64,000 nt of DNA from Terriglobia bacterium (GTDB lineage Bacteria > Acidobacteriota > Terriglobia > 20CM-2-55-15): positions 928,001 to 992,000 of the forward strand of contig CBDAOY010000009.1 of assembly GCA_965198225.1 (NCBI GenBank). Reading direction: 5' to 3'. Below are positions 1 to 9,191 of the stretch, piece after piece. Made by a program: the position numbers and the translations under genes. The notes below the pieces were generated by a model that was given only the letters and a program-made list of their open reading frames with translations, had not been told where the DNA came from and ran no database searches. Positions within the stretch are counted from its first letter, which is position 1; each line of letters begins with the position of its first letter.

Positions 1-800
1 TCCACGACCGCGTTATTCGGGTCGACTCGAGTTGCCAGCATCCCCGGGAAGCCCGTTCCTTTCAGGAGAATTTCGAGAGCCGCCTTTCTGTGCAGCCTAT
101 CGAGGCGTACGTAGTGAGGAACCCAGCCACCCCACCGCACGGCATCCTCCGTGTAGGGTCGAAAGCGGGAAAGAGTCGCGTAGACGGGCGTTCTCTCGCG
201 CCTTATCGTTTCGAAGCCTTCTTCGGTGATCGCTTTCTTCAATCGATGAGCGAGCGGGCTGGTCGTCGTGAACATGGGTGTCAGCAAGGCCCAGCGGTTC
301 ACGTTGTGCGCGAGAGCGACGATGCCCACGACTGCGGCCGTCCACAAGGTCCATGTCGCTACCTGATCTGTACGGGACAGAGCGAATCCTCCCGCCGTGA
401 ATCCCAGGCAAGCAATACCAAACACGGAGGCCGGTATGTGCCAGCGCTTTGCCGGGTTAGGATGGGTCATGCTCCCGGAGATCCTCAGGATCTTCAGAGG
501 TGAGAACTCCGACACCAGGTACGCCAGTAGCCAGATCGGCAGGAACACCAGTTCGGCGGGCCTCAGCTTCACGACTTCCGACCAACGCAAGCCGGTCCAG
601 GCGGACTCGGCTCCTTCGGACTCGCCGGCCGCGATCAAGGCGGCGTTCACTGCGCCGACAGAGGTTCCGGCGATTGCAGCGAACTGAGTCACACCGTGTT
701 TTCGCAGTGCTCTCCAGCAGCCGATATGGTACGCCCCTTTTGCACCACCACCGGTAAGCACTAGACCTATATGTTTCTGCTTGAGTTGTGAGAGGGTCAT
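1..800 (-). CDS. Patatin-like phospholipase with a hydrophobic insert; runs off the window start
   Basis: Not in the ORF track. Manual translation from ATG at 800 gives MTLSQLKQKHIGLVLTGGGAKGAYHIGCWRALRKHGVTQFAAIAGTSVGAVNAAL, with the patatin GGGxKG oxyanion motif and GxSxG nucleophile. The frame stays open to the window edge. Confidence 0.85.
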   Translation of the reverse strand, partial: MTLSQLKQKHIGLVLTGGGAKGAYHIGCWRALRKHGVTQFAAIAGTSVGAVNAALIAAGESEGAESAWTGLRWSEVVKLRPAELVFLPIWLLAYLVSEFSPLKILRISGSMTHPNPAKRWHIPASVFGIACLGFTAGGFALSRTDQVATWTLWTAAVVGIVALAHNVNRWALLTPMFTTTSPLAHRLKKAITEEGFETIRRERTPVYATLSRFRPYTEDAVRWGGWVPHYVRLDRLHRKAALEILLKGTGFPGMLATRVDPNNAVV

Positions 801-959
801 GCAGCCGTCAAACCGTCAGTCCCGCGCTGAATCTGCTCATTGTCGTCACGATCGGGTTTCGCCTAGGATCACAAGCTGTTTCCGGCGACGGATGGGTCTG
901 GAGGATACCTCAAAACAGGGTATACTGACGCCGAAAAATTTCAGTCAGGATGCGAAGAA

Positions 960-2769
960 GTGCAGCCTCGCGATTCGAGCACAGGATGCTCGACCATCGT
1001 TGATCTTCTACAATTCAGAGCTTCAAAGGAACCTCGTCGCCGGGCCCACACCTTCCTCAAGGACGGATTCCGCGAACAGAATCACTTGACCTATCGTGAG
1101 TTGGAGGTGCGTGCGCGGGCCATCGCAGCGTCTCTTCAGGGGGCGTCAAGTCCTGGCGACCGGGCCTTGCTGCTCTATCCCCCCGGCCTCGATTTCGTTG
1201 AGGCCGGATTTCGTTGAGGCCTTTTTGGGCTGCCTGTGTGCCGCCATCGTGGCCGTGCCGGCCTATCCACCTCGCTCGAATCAGGGCTCGAGCAGGATTC
1301 AGGCGATCATACGGGATGCGCGTCCGTCCGTCATTCTGACCACATCAAACAGCTTGCCGAAAGTCGAAGCGATGTGGGGCGATAGAGCGGCCGTCGCAGA
1401 AAGCCGTGTCCTGGCGACGGATGCGCCCGGCTCTTCCTTCCCCGAGAGCCCCGAACAATTGGTGGAAGGTTGGCGGGACTCGCATTGCGAAATCGGCGAA
1501 GGAACCCCTGCATACCTTCAATACACGTCTGGATCGACCTCCGAACCAAAGGGCGTGATCGTGACCCACGGCAACCTGGTGACGAATCTGCGAGACATGG
1601 ATCGCGGCTGGAAGCACGACGCCGACAGCGTCCTGGTGAGCTGGCTTCCGCACTTTCATGACATGGGACTCATCTACGGTATACTCGGGCCGCTGTACGC
1701 GGGAATTCCGGGGTATCTGCTGTCGCCCCTCTCCTTTCTGCAGCGGCCGGTTCGATGGTTGCAGGCAATGACCCATTACAGGGCGACTCACAGCGTGGCC
1801 CCAAACTTTGGGTACGAGCTCTGCGCGCGCAAGATCGCCGCGGAGGAACGAAACAGCCTCGATCTGGGAAACTGGTCCGTCGCTGTCAATGGTGCCGAGC
1901 CAGTCCGCCCAGAGACGCTGGAACGTTTTGCGCAATTCTTCGAGCCCTGTGGCTTCCGCCGAAGTGCCTTCTGCCCCGGCTACGGGCTGGCTGAGGCCAC
2001 GCTGAAGGTCACCGCGACGTGTAGAGATGAATCACCCGTCTTGACTCACCTGTCGAAGCAGGAGCTGGAGGGACACCACGTCGTGAAGTGCGATGCGGCA
2101 GAACAATCTCCCGAAGCCTTCACGCTGGTCGGTTGTGGCCGTTCAATGGTGGGGACCAGGGTCGCGATTGTTCACCCCGAAAAACTGACCTGCTGCTTGC
2201 CGGATGAAATCGGTGAAATCTGGGTGTCCGGCCAGACAGTGGCCGCTGGCTACTGGAACAGAGCCGAGGAGACCGCCGCAACCTTTCACGCATACACCGA
2301 GGACACAAGAGAGGGTCCTTTCCTGCGCACGGGTGATTTGGGGTTTGTGGAGGGAGGTCACCTGTACGTAACCGGGCGTATCAAGGATCTGATCATCATC
2401 CGAGGTCAGAACCACTACCCACAGGATGTCGAGCGGACTGCGGAGCGAAGCCACCCCGCCCTGCGTCAGCCCGGCTTCAGCGCCGCCTTTTCAATCGACG
2501 TCGCCAGCGAAGAGCGCCTCGTAGTTCTGGCAGAAGTCGAGCGTCGGTATCTGGACCAGGACACCGAAGAACTCGTGGGAGCCATCCGGCAGGCCATATC
2601 GGAAAACCACGAGTTGCAGGCATACGACGTCGTAATCGTTCGTCCTGGACGCATTCCGAAGACATCCAGCGGAAAGATCCGGCGGCGCGCCTGCAAGGCC
2701 GCTTATCTAGCCGGAGAGCTGGAAGCCGTCGAGAAAAAAAGGGAAGGGGGCCGTTCGAATGAATCCTGA
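960..2769 (+). pseudogene. Fatty acyl-AMP ligase (FAAL), frameshifted by a 16-bp tandem duplication
   Basis: N-terminal part in ORF 960..1217 (LTYRELEVRARAIA, GDRALLLYPPGLDFVEA), remainder in ORF 1096..2769 (YLQYTSGSTSEPKG, SWLPHFHDMGLI, YGLAEATL, RTGDLGF, PKTSSGKI). GATTTCGTTGAGGCC occurs at both 1191-1205 and 1207-1221. Confidence 0.88.
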
Positions 2770-4603
2770 ACCTGAGCGACCTGCCGTGACCGAACTCCTT
2801 GGCTCGACCGGCCTGTTCAACGTCCTGGACCGACCGACCTTGCAGGCTGTGGAAAGAGAGCTCGAGTGGGTCCGTCTCCCGGGCGGGACGACTCTGTTTC
2901 AACAGGGAGACACAGGAGATTCGTTGTATGTGCTGGTCCACGGCCGTTTGAGCGTTTCGATCGTTCATGAAGACGGACGGGAGCGCCCCATCGGCGAAGT
3001 GAGCCGCGGCGAGGTTGTCGGCGAGATGGCGGTTTTGACCGGAGAGCCGCGATCCGCAAACGTCCGCGCGATTCGAGATTCCCAGCTCGTGAAATTCTCC
3101 AAAGAAGCCTTTGAACGAGTCGTCGGAACCAATCCCAAGGCGATGATGTTGATCGCCCGAAGGCTCATCATGCGTTTGCGCGAGACCAGTCGAGCGACGT
3201 ACCAAACTACCCTGGCCACTTTTGCCGTGGTTCCACTGAGCCCGGACATCCCACTCGGGGAGTTTGCAAGGGGGATTGCCGAATCATTCTCGAGAATCGG
3301 ACCTACGCTGCACCTGAACCGCGACGTTCTTCAGAGTGCCCTCGGCGGATCCGTGAATTCGACACCCGAGGGCCGACGTGTCGAAGAGGTCTCCACATGG
3401 CTCGAAGAGCAGGAGGAGAAGTTCCAGTATGTCATCTACGAGTCGGACGCGGACAGCTCGGCGTGGTCCAATCTGTGTGTTCGCCAAGCCGATCGTGTTC
3501 TCCTGGTTGCCGCCGGCGGAGCCCGCACCGGCTCCACTACAGTCGAAGCTCAAATCCAGAACCTGTGTGCATGCGAAACGATCGCTCGAAAGGAGCTGGT
3601 CTTTCTCCATCGAAACGGCACGACGCGTCCCAGCGGTACTCAGGCATGGTTGGGTAGTCTCGGAGCCGGGGACATGCACCACCACATTCGTCACGAATCG
3701 AGTGCGGACTTTGACAGGCTTGCCCGGATACTTACCGGCAAATCTGTAGGTCTGGTCCTCGGCGGAGGGGGTGCAAGGGGCTTTGCACATCTCGGCATTC
3801 TTCGAGCGTTCGCGGACGTCGGCATCCCGATCGACATGATCGGCGGCACCAGCATGGGGTCCGTTATCGCGGCTCAGTATGCGCTGGGCTGCGATTATCA
3901 CGAGATGATCGAGTTGAACAGGAAGGGTTGGCTCGACATGGATCCACTGAAAGACAAGACGATACCGGTCATGGCTTTGCTGGCTTGCCGGAAGCTTGAC
4001 AGCATGATAGAGATGATGTTCGGTGACGCCAGGATTGAAGATCTCTGGCTGAAATACTTTTGTGTATCTGCCAATCTAACCCAGGCTGAAATGATGGTGC
4101 ACCGGGATGGCCCGCTTGCGAAGTGGGTTCGGGCAAGTATGGCGATACCCGGCGTTGCACTGCCGGTCTTCGACAACGGCGACCTGATCGTCGACGGCGG
4201 AGTGCTCAACAACCTGCCAGGCGACGTGATGAAGCGGATCTGTGGAGGCCCGGTCATTGCAGTCGACGTCAGTCCGCAGAAAGATCTCGCGATCGATCCC
4301 CACATGATCCATGCGCCATCGTCCTGGAAGATCCTCTGGAACAACGTCAACCCGGCTGCGGAACGAATGCACCTCCCCAACCTGCTCGCCCTTATGATGC
4401 GCACGACCATGCTCGGTAGCACGTCAAAGAGTCAGGAGGTCGCGCGAGAAGTCGATCTCTACCTGCGTCCTCCGATCGACGGCTTTGGTATATTCGAATG
4501 GAAGTCTCTGGAGAAGCTTGCTCAGGCGGGGTACGAGTTTGGGATAACAAAACTGGAAGAATGGAACAAGGAACGATCCATCCCGAAACCGAAACCAAGC
4601 TGA
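2759..4603 (+). CDS. Cyclic nucleotide-binding patatin-like phospholipase (NTE family)
   Basis: N-terminal cNMP domain (LFQQGDTGDSLY, GEMAVLTGEPRSANVRA); patatin motifs GGGGARG, GTSMG and DGG. Confidence 0.92.
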   Translation: MNPEPERPAVTELLGSTGLFNVLDRPTLQAVERELEWVRLPGGTTLFQQGDTGDSLYVLVHGRLSVSIVHEDGRERPIGEVSRGEVVGEMAVLTGEPRSANVRAIRDSQLVKFSKEAFERVVGTNPKAMMLIARRLIMRLRETSRATYQTTLATFAVVPLSPDIPLGEFARGIAESFSRIGPTLHLNRDVLQSALGGSVNSTPEGRRVEEVSTWLEEQEEKFQYVIYESDADSSAWSNLCVRQADRVLLVAAGGARTGSTTVEAQIQNLCACETIARKELVFLHRNGTTRPSGTQAWLGSLGAGDMHHHIRHESSADFDRLARILTGKSVGLVLGGGGARGFAHLGILRAFADVGIPIDMIGGTSMGSVIAAQYALGCDYHEMIELNRKGWLDMDPLKDKTIPVMALLACRKLDSMIEMMFGDARIEDLWLKYFCVSANLTQAEMMVHRDGPLAKWVRASMAIPGVALPVFDNGDLIVDGGVLNNLPGDVMKRICGGPVIAVDVSPQKDLAIDPHMIHAPSSWKILWNNVNPAAERMHLPNLLALMMRTTMLGSTSKSQEVAREVDLYLRPPIDGFGIFEWKSLEKLAQAGYEFGITKLEEWNKERSIPKPKPS

Positions 4604-5559
4604 GAACCGTCGAGCAAATTGAAGAGTGGCTGACGGTTAACGTCGCCAGGGAATTGGAGCTTGATCCCGACAAGATCGATATCCATCAGCGGCTGAGCCG
4701 CTACGGTCTTGATTCTCTGGTGGCAGTCGGTCTTTCGGGCGAACTGGAAGTGTGGCTGGGACGCGAGCTCCCTCCGGACCTCCTGACGAGCTTTCCGACG
4801 ATCGAGGTCCTGGCGCAGTCCCTGGCGGAAGAGTCCGACATCGGTGGCTCGTCCAACCGGGCCACTCCCAACGAAACGGGTCCGGGCGGAGTCGATTACA
4901 CGCGACTGGACTATCGCGAATGGTCGCCGTCGCAACTCTTCGTTAAAAAGGCTCTGGCCCTCCTGGTGCGACTGCTGTTCCGCCTTCACGTCGAGGGGAT
5001 GATATACCTTCGACCCGAAGGTCCATATATTCTGGCAACCAACCACCTGCACGTCTTTGACGCACCCCTGGTGTTCTGTTTCTTGCCCCGGCCCACCGTG
5101 GCGTTCGTGTCGGAGCACATGAGAGCCGTCCCCGGCGTGAACTGGTTCTTGAAGAAAATGGCAAACACCATTTACGTGGCTCGCGGTGAAGGGGATCAGG
5201 AAGCCATCGGAAATGCGCTGGCTGTGCTCGGTACCGGAGGGGTGCTGGCCTTGGCCCCCGAGGGCAAGATCAGCAAAACAGGGGGGCTGCTTCGAGGGCA
5301 TCCGGGAGTTGTTCACCTGGCGACTCAATCCGGCGTACCGATCGTGCCCCTCGTGATTTATGGCCAGGAGCGGGCCTTCCATCACTGGGCCCGTTTGCGC
5401 CGGGTTCCCGTCTCCGTCCGTATCGGACCCGCCATTCAATTCCCGCAGGGCAAGGCGACCTCGAAACAACTCGATGCGCATCGAGACACCGTGATGCACG
5501 CTCTGGCGCGAATGCTGCCACCGGAGTACCGGGGTGTTTACCGGAACTCCTGGCCGTAG
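4561..5559 (+). CDS. Acyl carrier protein fused to a PlsC-type lysophospholipid acyltransferase
   Basis: Phosphopantetheine motif YGLDSL in the N-terminal domain; acyltransferase NHLHVFD (HX4D) and APEG motifs. The start overlaps the upstream gene and is uncertain (4498 or 4561). Confidence 0.88.
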   Translation: MEQGTIHPETETKLRTVEQIEEWLTVNVARELELDPDKIDIHQRLSRYGLDSLVAVGLSGELEVWLGRELPPDLLTSFPTIEVLAQSLAEESDIGGSSNRATPNETGPGGVDYTRLDYREWSPSQLFVKKALALLVRLLFRLHVEGMIYLRPEGPYILATNHLHVFDAPLVFCFLPRPTVAFVSEHMRAVPGVNWFLKKMANTIYVARGEGDQEAIGNALAVLGTGGVLALAPEGKISKTGGLLRGHPGVVHLATQSGVPIVPLVIYGQERAFHHWARLRRVPVSVRIGPAIQFPQGKATSKQLDAHRDTVMHALARMLPPEYRGVYRNSWP

Positions 5560-5603
5560 ACCTCGCACGGACGACCCTGCGAAGAGTAGAAAGAAGTGGG
5601 ATA

Positions 5604-5754
5604 ACCACGGAGGCACGAAGGCACGGAGCACCTAGAACCGGGGAAAAATAGGTCGTTCCCAGCCTTTCCTGCTCGACGGGACACAGTGGCTCTCGGACGG
5701 ACTTTTTAGCTAAAACCAGACCAAGAAACTCCTTGCCTCTGTGCCTCCGTGGTT
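5604..5754. repeat. Intergenic element bounded by 14-bp inverted repeats (AACCACGGAGGCAC ... GTGCCTCCGTGGTT)
   Basis: Inverted repeat read directly between two convergent genes. Confidence 0.55.
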
Positions 5755-5818
5755 GGGTGTTGGCTGAGCAGAAGGGTCTGGGACCGCCGCTTCTTCCCCC
5801 GTGGTTAGAATCCCCCCG

Positions 5819-8518
5819 CTACTCACACCTCAACGCCGCAACCGGGTCCACCCGCGTCGCCCGGCGCGCGGGCACGTAGCCCGCAACCAGCGCCACGACG
5901 ATCATCGCAAGCGCGACCGAGACAAACGATATCGGGTCGCGACTGCTGACGCCGTAGAGGAAACCTTCCACCAACCGCGTGGCGGCCAGGGCCGCGATCA
6001 ACCCGATTCCGACGCCGATCCCTACTATCCCGGCCGCCTCACCGAGGACGATAGCGAAGACATCCGCCTGCCGCGCGCCGAGCGCCATGCGGATTCCGAT
6101 CTCCCGGGTGCGCCGGGCCATCGAGTACGACATCACCCCGTAGACCCCTACCGAGGCCAGGGCGAGGGCGAGGGCGCCAAACACCGCAATCAGCGCGACC
6201 CCCAGGTGTGCCGGGAACAGGGACGCGCTCATCTGTTCCGACATCGTTCGGACGTTGGCGACGGGAAGATTGGGCTCGATGTTTCTAACCTGCGCCTGGA
6301 TGGGATTGATGAGTGCTGTTGGATCGGTTGATGTGCGGACATGGAGGGTGACACCCGACTCATGGTTCTGAAGCAGCGGGAAATACACGAACGCGGGAAG
6401 GTTTTCAACCAGGCTGACGTACTTCCCGTCGCGGGTGATCCCGATTACCTCTCGCCTCGGTGAGTCGGGGCGGCCTAGCTGGAGGCGCTTTCCGATTGCG
6501 TTCTCTCCCGGCCAGTACCGCGCAGCCATCGCTTCATTGACAATGCACACGAGCGGTGCACCGTCTCCGTCGGTCCGACTGAAATCCCTGCCCGCGAGAA
6601 GCGGCATTCCCATCGTCCGGAAGTAGTTCAACGAAACGACGTTGGCGCCGACGATGTTCGGCGATCCCTGAGGCGGCGGGGTCTGTCCTTCGATCAGGAC
6701 GCTCACCCGGCGTCCGCCTCCGCCGAGCGCCGACACTCGGGCGACGGCCGCCGACTCGACTCCCGGGAGAGCTCCGGTTTCTTCCAGGACGCGATCGTAG
6801 AATGCCCGACCCTGTTGCTCGGAGTACGACACGAGGTTGATACTGAGCGGCATCAGGAGCATGCTGTCGGTTTCGAATCCCGGATCGATGGCCTGCGTTT
6901 TCTGCAGGCTGCGCAGGAACAGGCCCGTCCCGATCAGCAGCAGCACCGAAATGGCCACCTGAGACACAACGAACGCGGACCGAAGCTTCCATCGCCCCAC
7001 GCCGCGTATGACGGGGTTCAAGCTTGTCCGCGCCGCTTCGATGGCCGGCACGAGTCCGAACAGCCCGGCCGTCCCCAGGCAGGCGCCGAGAGTGAACAGC
7101 AGGACTCGTGTGTTCGGGATTGCGTCGAGCGTGATCGTGATCGGCAACAGGTTGATGCGCATGATCGCAGCAACCAGCAGGTTCGTACCCCAGACAGCCA
7201 GCGCGAGCCCTCCGATCCCCCCGAAGAGCGAGAGCAGGAGGCTTTCGGTCAGGAACTGGCGAATCAGGCGGCCGCGCCCCGCGCCCAGTGCGATTCGCGT
7301 CGCAATCTCGACGCGACGAGCCGTCGCCCGTGCCAGCAGCAGGTTCGCGACATTCGCACAGGCGATCAGCAGGACCAGCCCGACGACGACCATCAGAAGC
7401 GTGCCCGCCGGAGCCAGCGCGCTGCGCGCCTGCGGACTGCCGGAATCGGCCGGATAAGGGGTAAAGAGGACTCCCGAGTTCGTGTCCGGGTAGGCATTCT
7501 CCAAGCGGTTTGCCACGACCTGAAGCGATGCCGAAGCCGTTCCCATTCCCCCACCCGGCTTGAGCCGACCGAACATGTTCAGCCAGCGCGCACCCCGTCT
7601 GTCGAGCAGGTTGGCGTCCATGCCCACGGAGAATCCGGCCCGTGGCGGGCGCACCAGTTGCTGCATCATCGTCGGGACCCAGACGTCGGTGTCCTCGGTG
7701 ATGTTCCGTCCCGTGAACCTGGCAGGAGCGACGCCGATCACCGTGAAAAGTTGACCGTTCAGGGTCATCTGGCTTCCGAGCGCCGTGTCGTCTCCGCCGT
7801 AACGTTGATCCCAGAGTCGGTGGCTGATGACCGCAACCGGATGGGTCCCGGGAGTCTGATCTTCTTCCGGAACAAAGAAACGGCCGCCGGCTGGGTCGAG
7901 TCCGAGCAGGGAGAAGTAGTTTCCTGAAACAACCATCCCGGAAAGCGTTTCGGTCTGCTCTCCCGTGTCCCACGTCAGCGTGATCCCGCCGTAGGTTGCG
8001 AACCCGCTGAATGCGTCCACGTTGTCCCGGATGTCGACGTAGTCGGGGTAAGAGGTGCCGCTGTACGGATTCCGTTCGGAGCCGGAGAAGACGGACAGGA
8101 GTTCTTCCGTGTCCCGACCCGGACTCCCGGCGAACAACGTCGCGTCGATCAAAGTGAATATCGCCGTGTTGGCCCCGATGCCTATCGCGAGCGTCAGCAC
8201 GGCCACGGCGGTGAACCCGCGGTTCTGGACCAGCGTGCGGACTCCGTAGCGGACGTCCTGGAATAGTGTCTGCATGAGACCGTCTCCTTTGCGTTTGCGG
8301 GTTCCCGACGTTGGTGTCTCGTTCCTGAAGCTTCTGTAAAGGCTGAGGACGTCTTTGAAGTAGAGCCGACGCGCTTGACGAGCTCCGAGGAGATCGACGC
8401 GCTTCCGGAACAATTCGTCGATATCGCCCTCGATTTCTTCTCTCCAGTCCGGCCGACAGAGCAGTGCCAGAAACCATTTTGCAGCCGCGGGCGGCAGAGC
8501 CGCTTTAAGGTTTCGCAT
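5819..8518 (-). CDS. ABC permease, ADOP/MacB-FtsX duplicated type
   Basis: QDVRYGVRTL, IGANTAIFT, LLIACANVANLLLARA, REIGIRMALGA, VDPVAALRCE. The ATG at 8518 overlaps the PadR stop codon. Confidence 0.93.
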   Translation of the reverse strand: MRNLKAALPPAAAKWFLALLCRPDWREEIEGDIDELFRKRVDLLGARQARRLYFKDVLSLYRSFRNETPTSGTRKRKGDGLMQTLFQDVRYGVRTLVQNRGFTAVAVLTLAIGIGANTAIFTLIDATLFAGSPGRDTEELLSVFSGSERNPYSGTSYPDYVDIRDNVDAFSGFATYGGITLTWDTGEQTETLSGMVVSGNYFSLLGLDPAGGRFFVPEEDQTPGTHPVAVISHRLWDQRYGGDDTALGSQMTLNGQLFTVIGVAPARFTGRNITEDTDVWVPTMMQQLVRPPRAGFSVGMDANLLDRRGARWLNMFGRLKPGGGMGTASASLQVVANRLENAYPDTNSGVLFTPYPADSGSPQARSALAPAGTLLMVVVGLVLLIACANVANLLLARATARRVEIATRIALGAGRGRLIRQFLTESLLLSLFGGIGGLALAVWGTNLLVAAIMRINLLPITITLDAIPNTRVLLFTLGACLGTAGLFGLVPAIEAARTSLNPVIRGVGRWKLRSAFVVSQVAISVLLLIGTGLFLRSLQKTQAIDPGFETDSMLLMPLSINLVSYSEQQGRAFYDRVLEETGALPGVESAAVARVSALGGGGRRVSVLIEGQTPPPQGSPNIVGANVVSLNYFRTMGMPLLAGRDFSRTDGDGAPLVCIVNEAMAARYWPGENAIGKRLQLGRPDSPRREVIGITRDGKYVSLVENLPAFVYFPLLQNHESGVTLHVRTSTDPTALINPIQAQVRNIEPNLPVANVRTMSEQMSASLFPAHLGVALIAVFGALALALASVGVYGVMSYSMARRTREIGIRMALGARQADVFAIVLGEAAGIVGIGVGIGLIAALAATRLVEGFLYGVSSRDPISFVSVALAMIVVALVAGYVPARRATRVDPVAALRCE

Positions 8519-8838
8519 CACGACCTGGCCTCGAGCTGGTGCCACATCTTCTCCCGGATACGCCGCATATCGGTCAGGACGGCGATTCCGAATCGTGTGA
8601 TCCTGAAGAACCTCTTCCGCCGCCCCCCGCGTTGACTGGTAGCGCCGCCAACTCTGGATCGAAGGCACCGCTTGCGCTCCAGGCGATCCAGTGCCGCGTA
8701 GACTGCTCCTATCGAAACCGACCGTTCTGCCCCCTCTTCGAGAGCCTGCTGGATCGTCACGCCGTAGGCGTCATCGCCCAGGCTGTAGATAGTCAGCAAG
8801 ACCAGTTCTTCGAACTCACCGAGATGATTGCCCTTCAT
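8518..8838 (-). CDS. PadR-family transcriptional regulator
   Basis: LGEFEELVLL, AYGVTI, GAVYAALDRLE, GGRRKRFFRIT; directly upstream of the ADOP permease. Confidence 0.92.
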   Translation of the reverse strand: MKGNHLGEFEELVLLTIYSLGDDAYGVTIQQALEEGAERSVSIGAVYAALDRLERKRCLRSRVGGATSQRGGRRKRFFRITRFGIAVLTDMRRIREKMWHQLEARS

Positions 8839-9024
8839 TTCTGCTCAGCTGAGACCTTTCGTATTGTCGGTTGGTCACAAGATATTTCTTATTAATTCGC
8901 AAATGTATAGGAAATATGTTTTGAGGTCACGCTTCGACTTTTCTTTGTGTCAGACACGGGATGCCGCCCTGAGGTTGGCACCGCCCTTCTGAAAGATTGC
9001 GACTGACCAAACACCCGCGCTCAC

Positions 9025-9112
9025 TCGACCAGGTGCCATGCGAGGGCCATTGTGAGGGGGACGGGGCTTGCCCCGTCCCCGGGTGTTTGCTAAGCGGAAT
9101 GTTGGTAAGAGC
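9025..9112 (+). repeat. Dispersed repeat family B, copy 1
   Basis: TCGACCAGGTGCC...GTGAGGGGGACGGGG-loop-CCCCGTCCCCGGGTGTTTG; similar copies at about 15178-15258 (minus strand) and 16834-16900. Confidence 0.75.
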
Positions 9113-9132
9113 GTCTACGTCCTTCAGGCAGT

Positions 9133-9161
9133 AAAAAAGCCGGGGTCCATCGGACCCCGGC
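9133..9161 (-). terminator. Rho-independent terminator of the TonB-dependent receptor gene
   Basis: Hairpin GCCGGGGTCC/GGACCCCGGC followed by a T6 run on the minus strand, 30 nt after the stop codon. Confidence 0.85.
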
Positions 9162-9191
9162 CCACGAGCTGTCAATCAGCTGGATCGAAGA

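Noticed and set aside
6534-8477. 647-aa alternative-frame ORF within the permease gene
   Set aside because: Arg/Gly-rich off-frame product typical of high-GC coding DNA.
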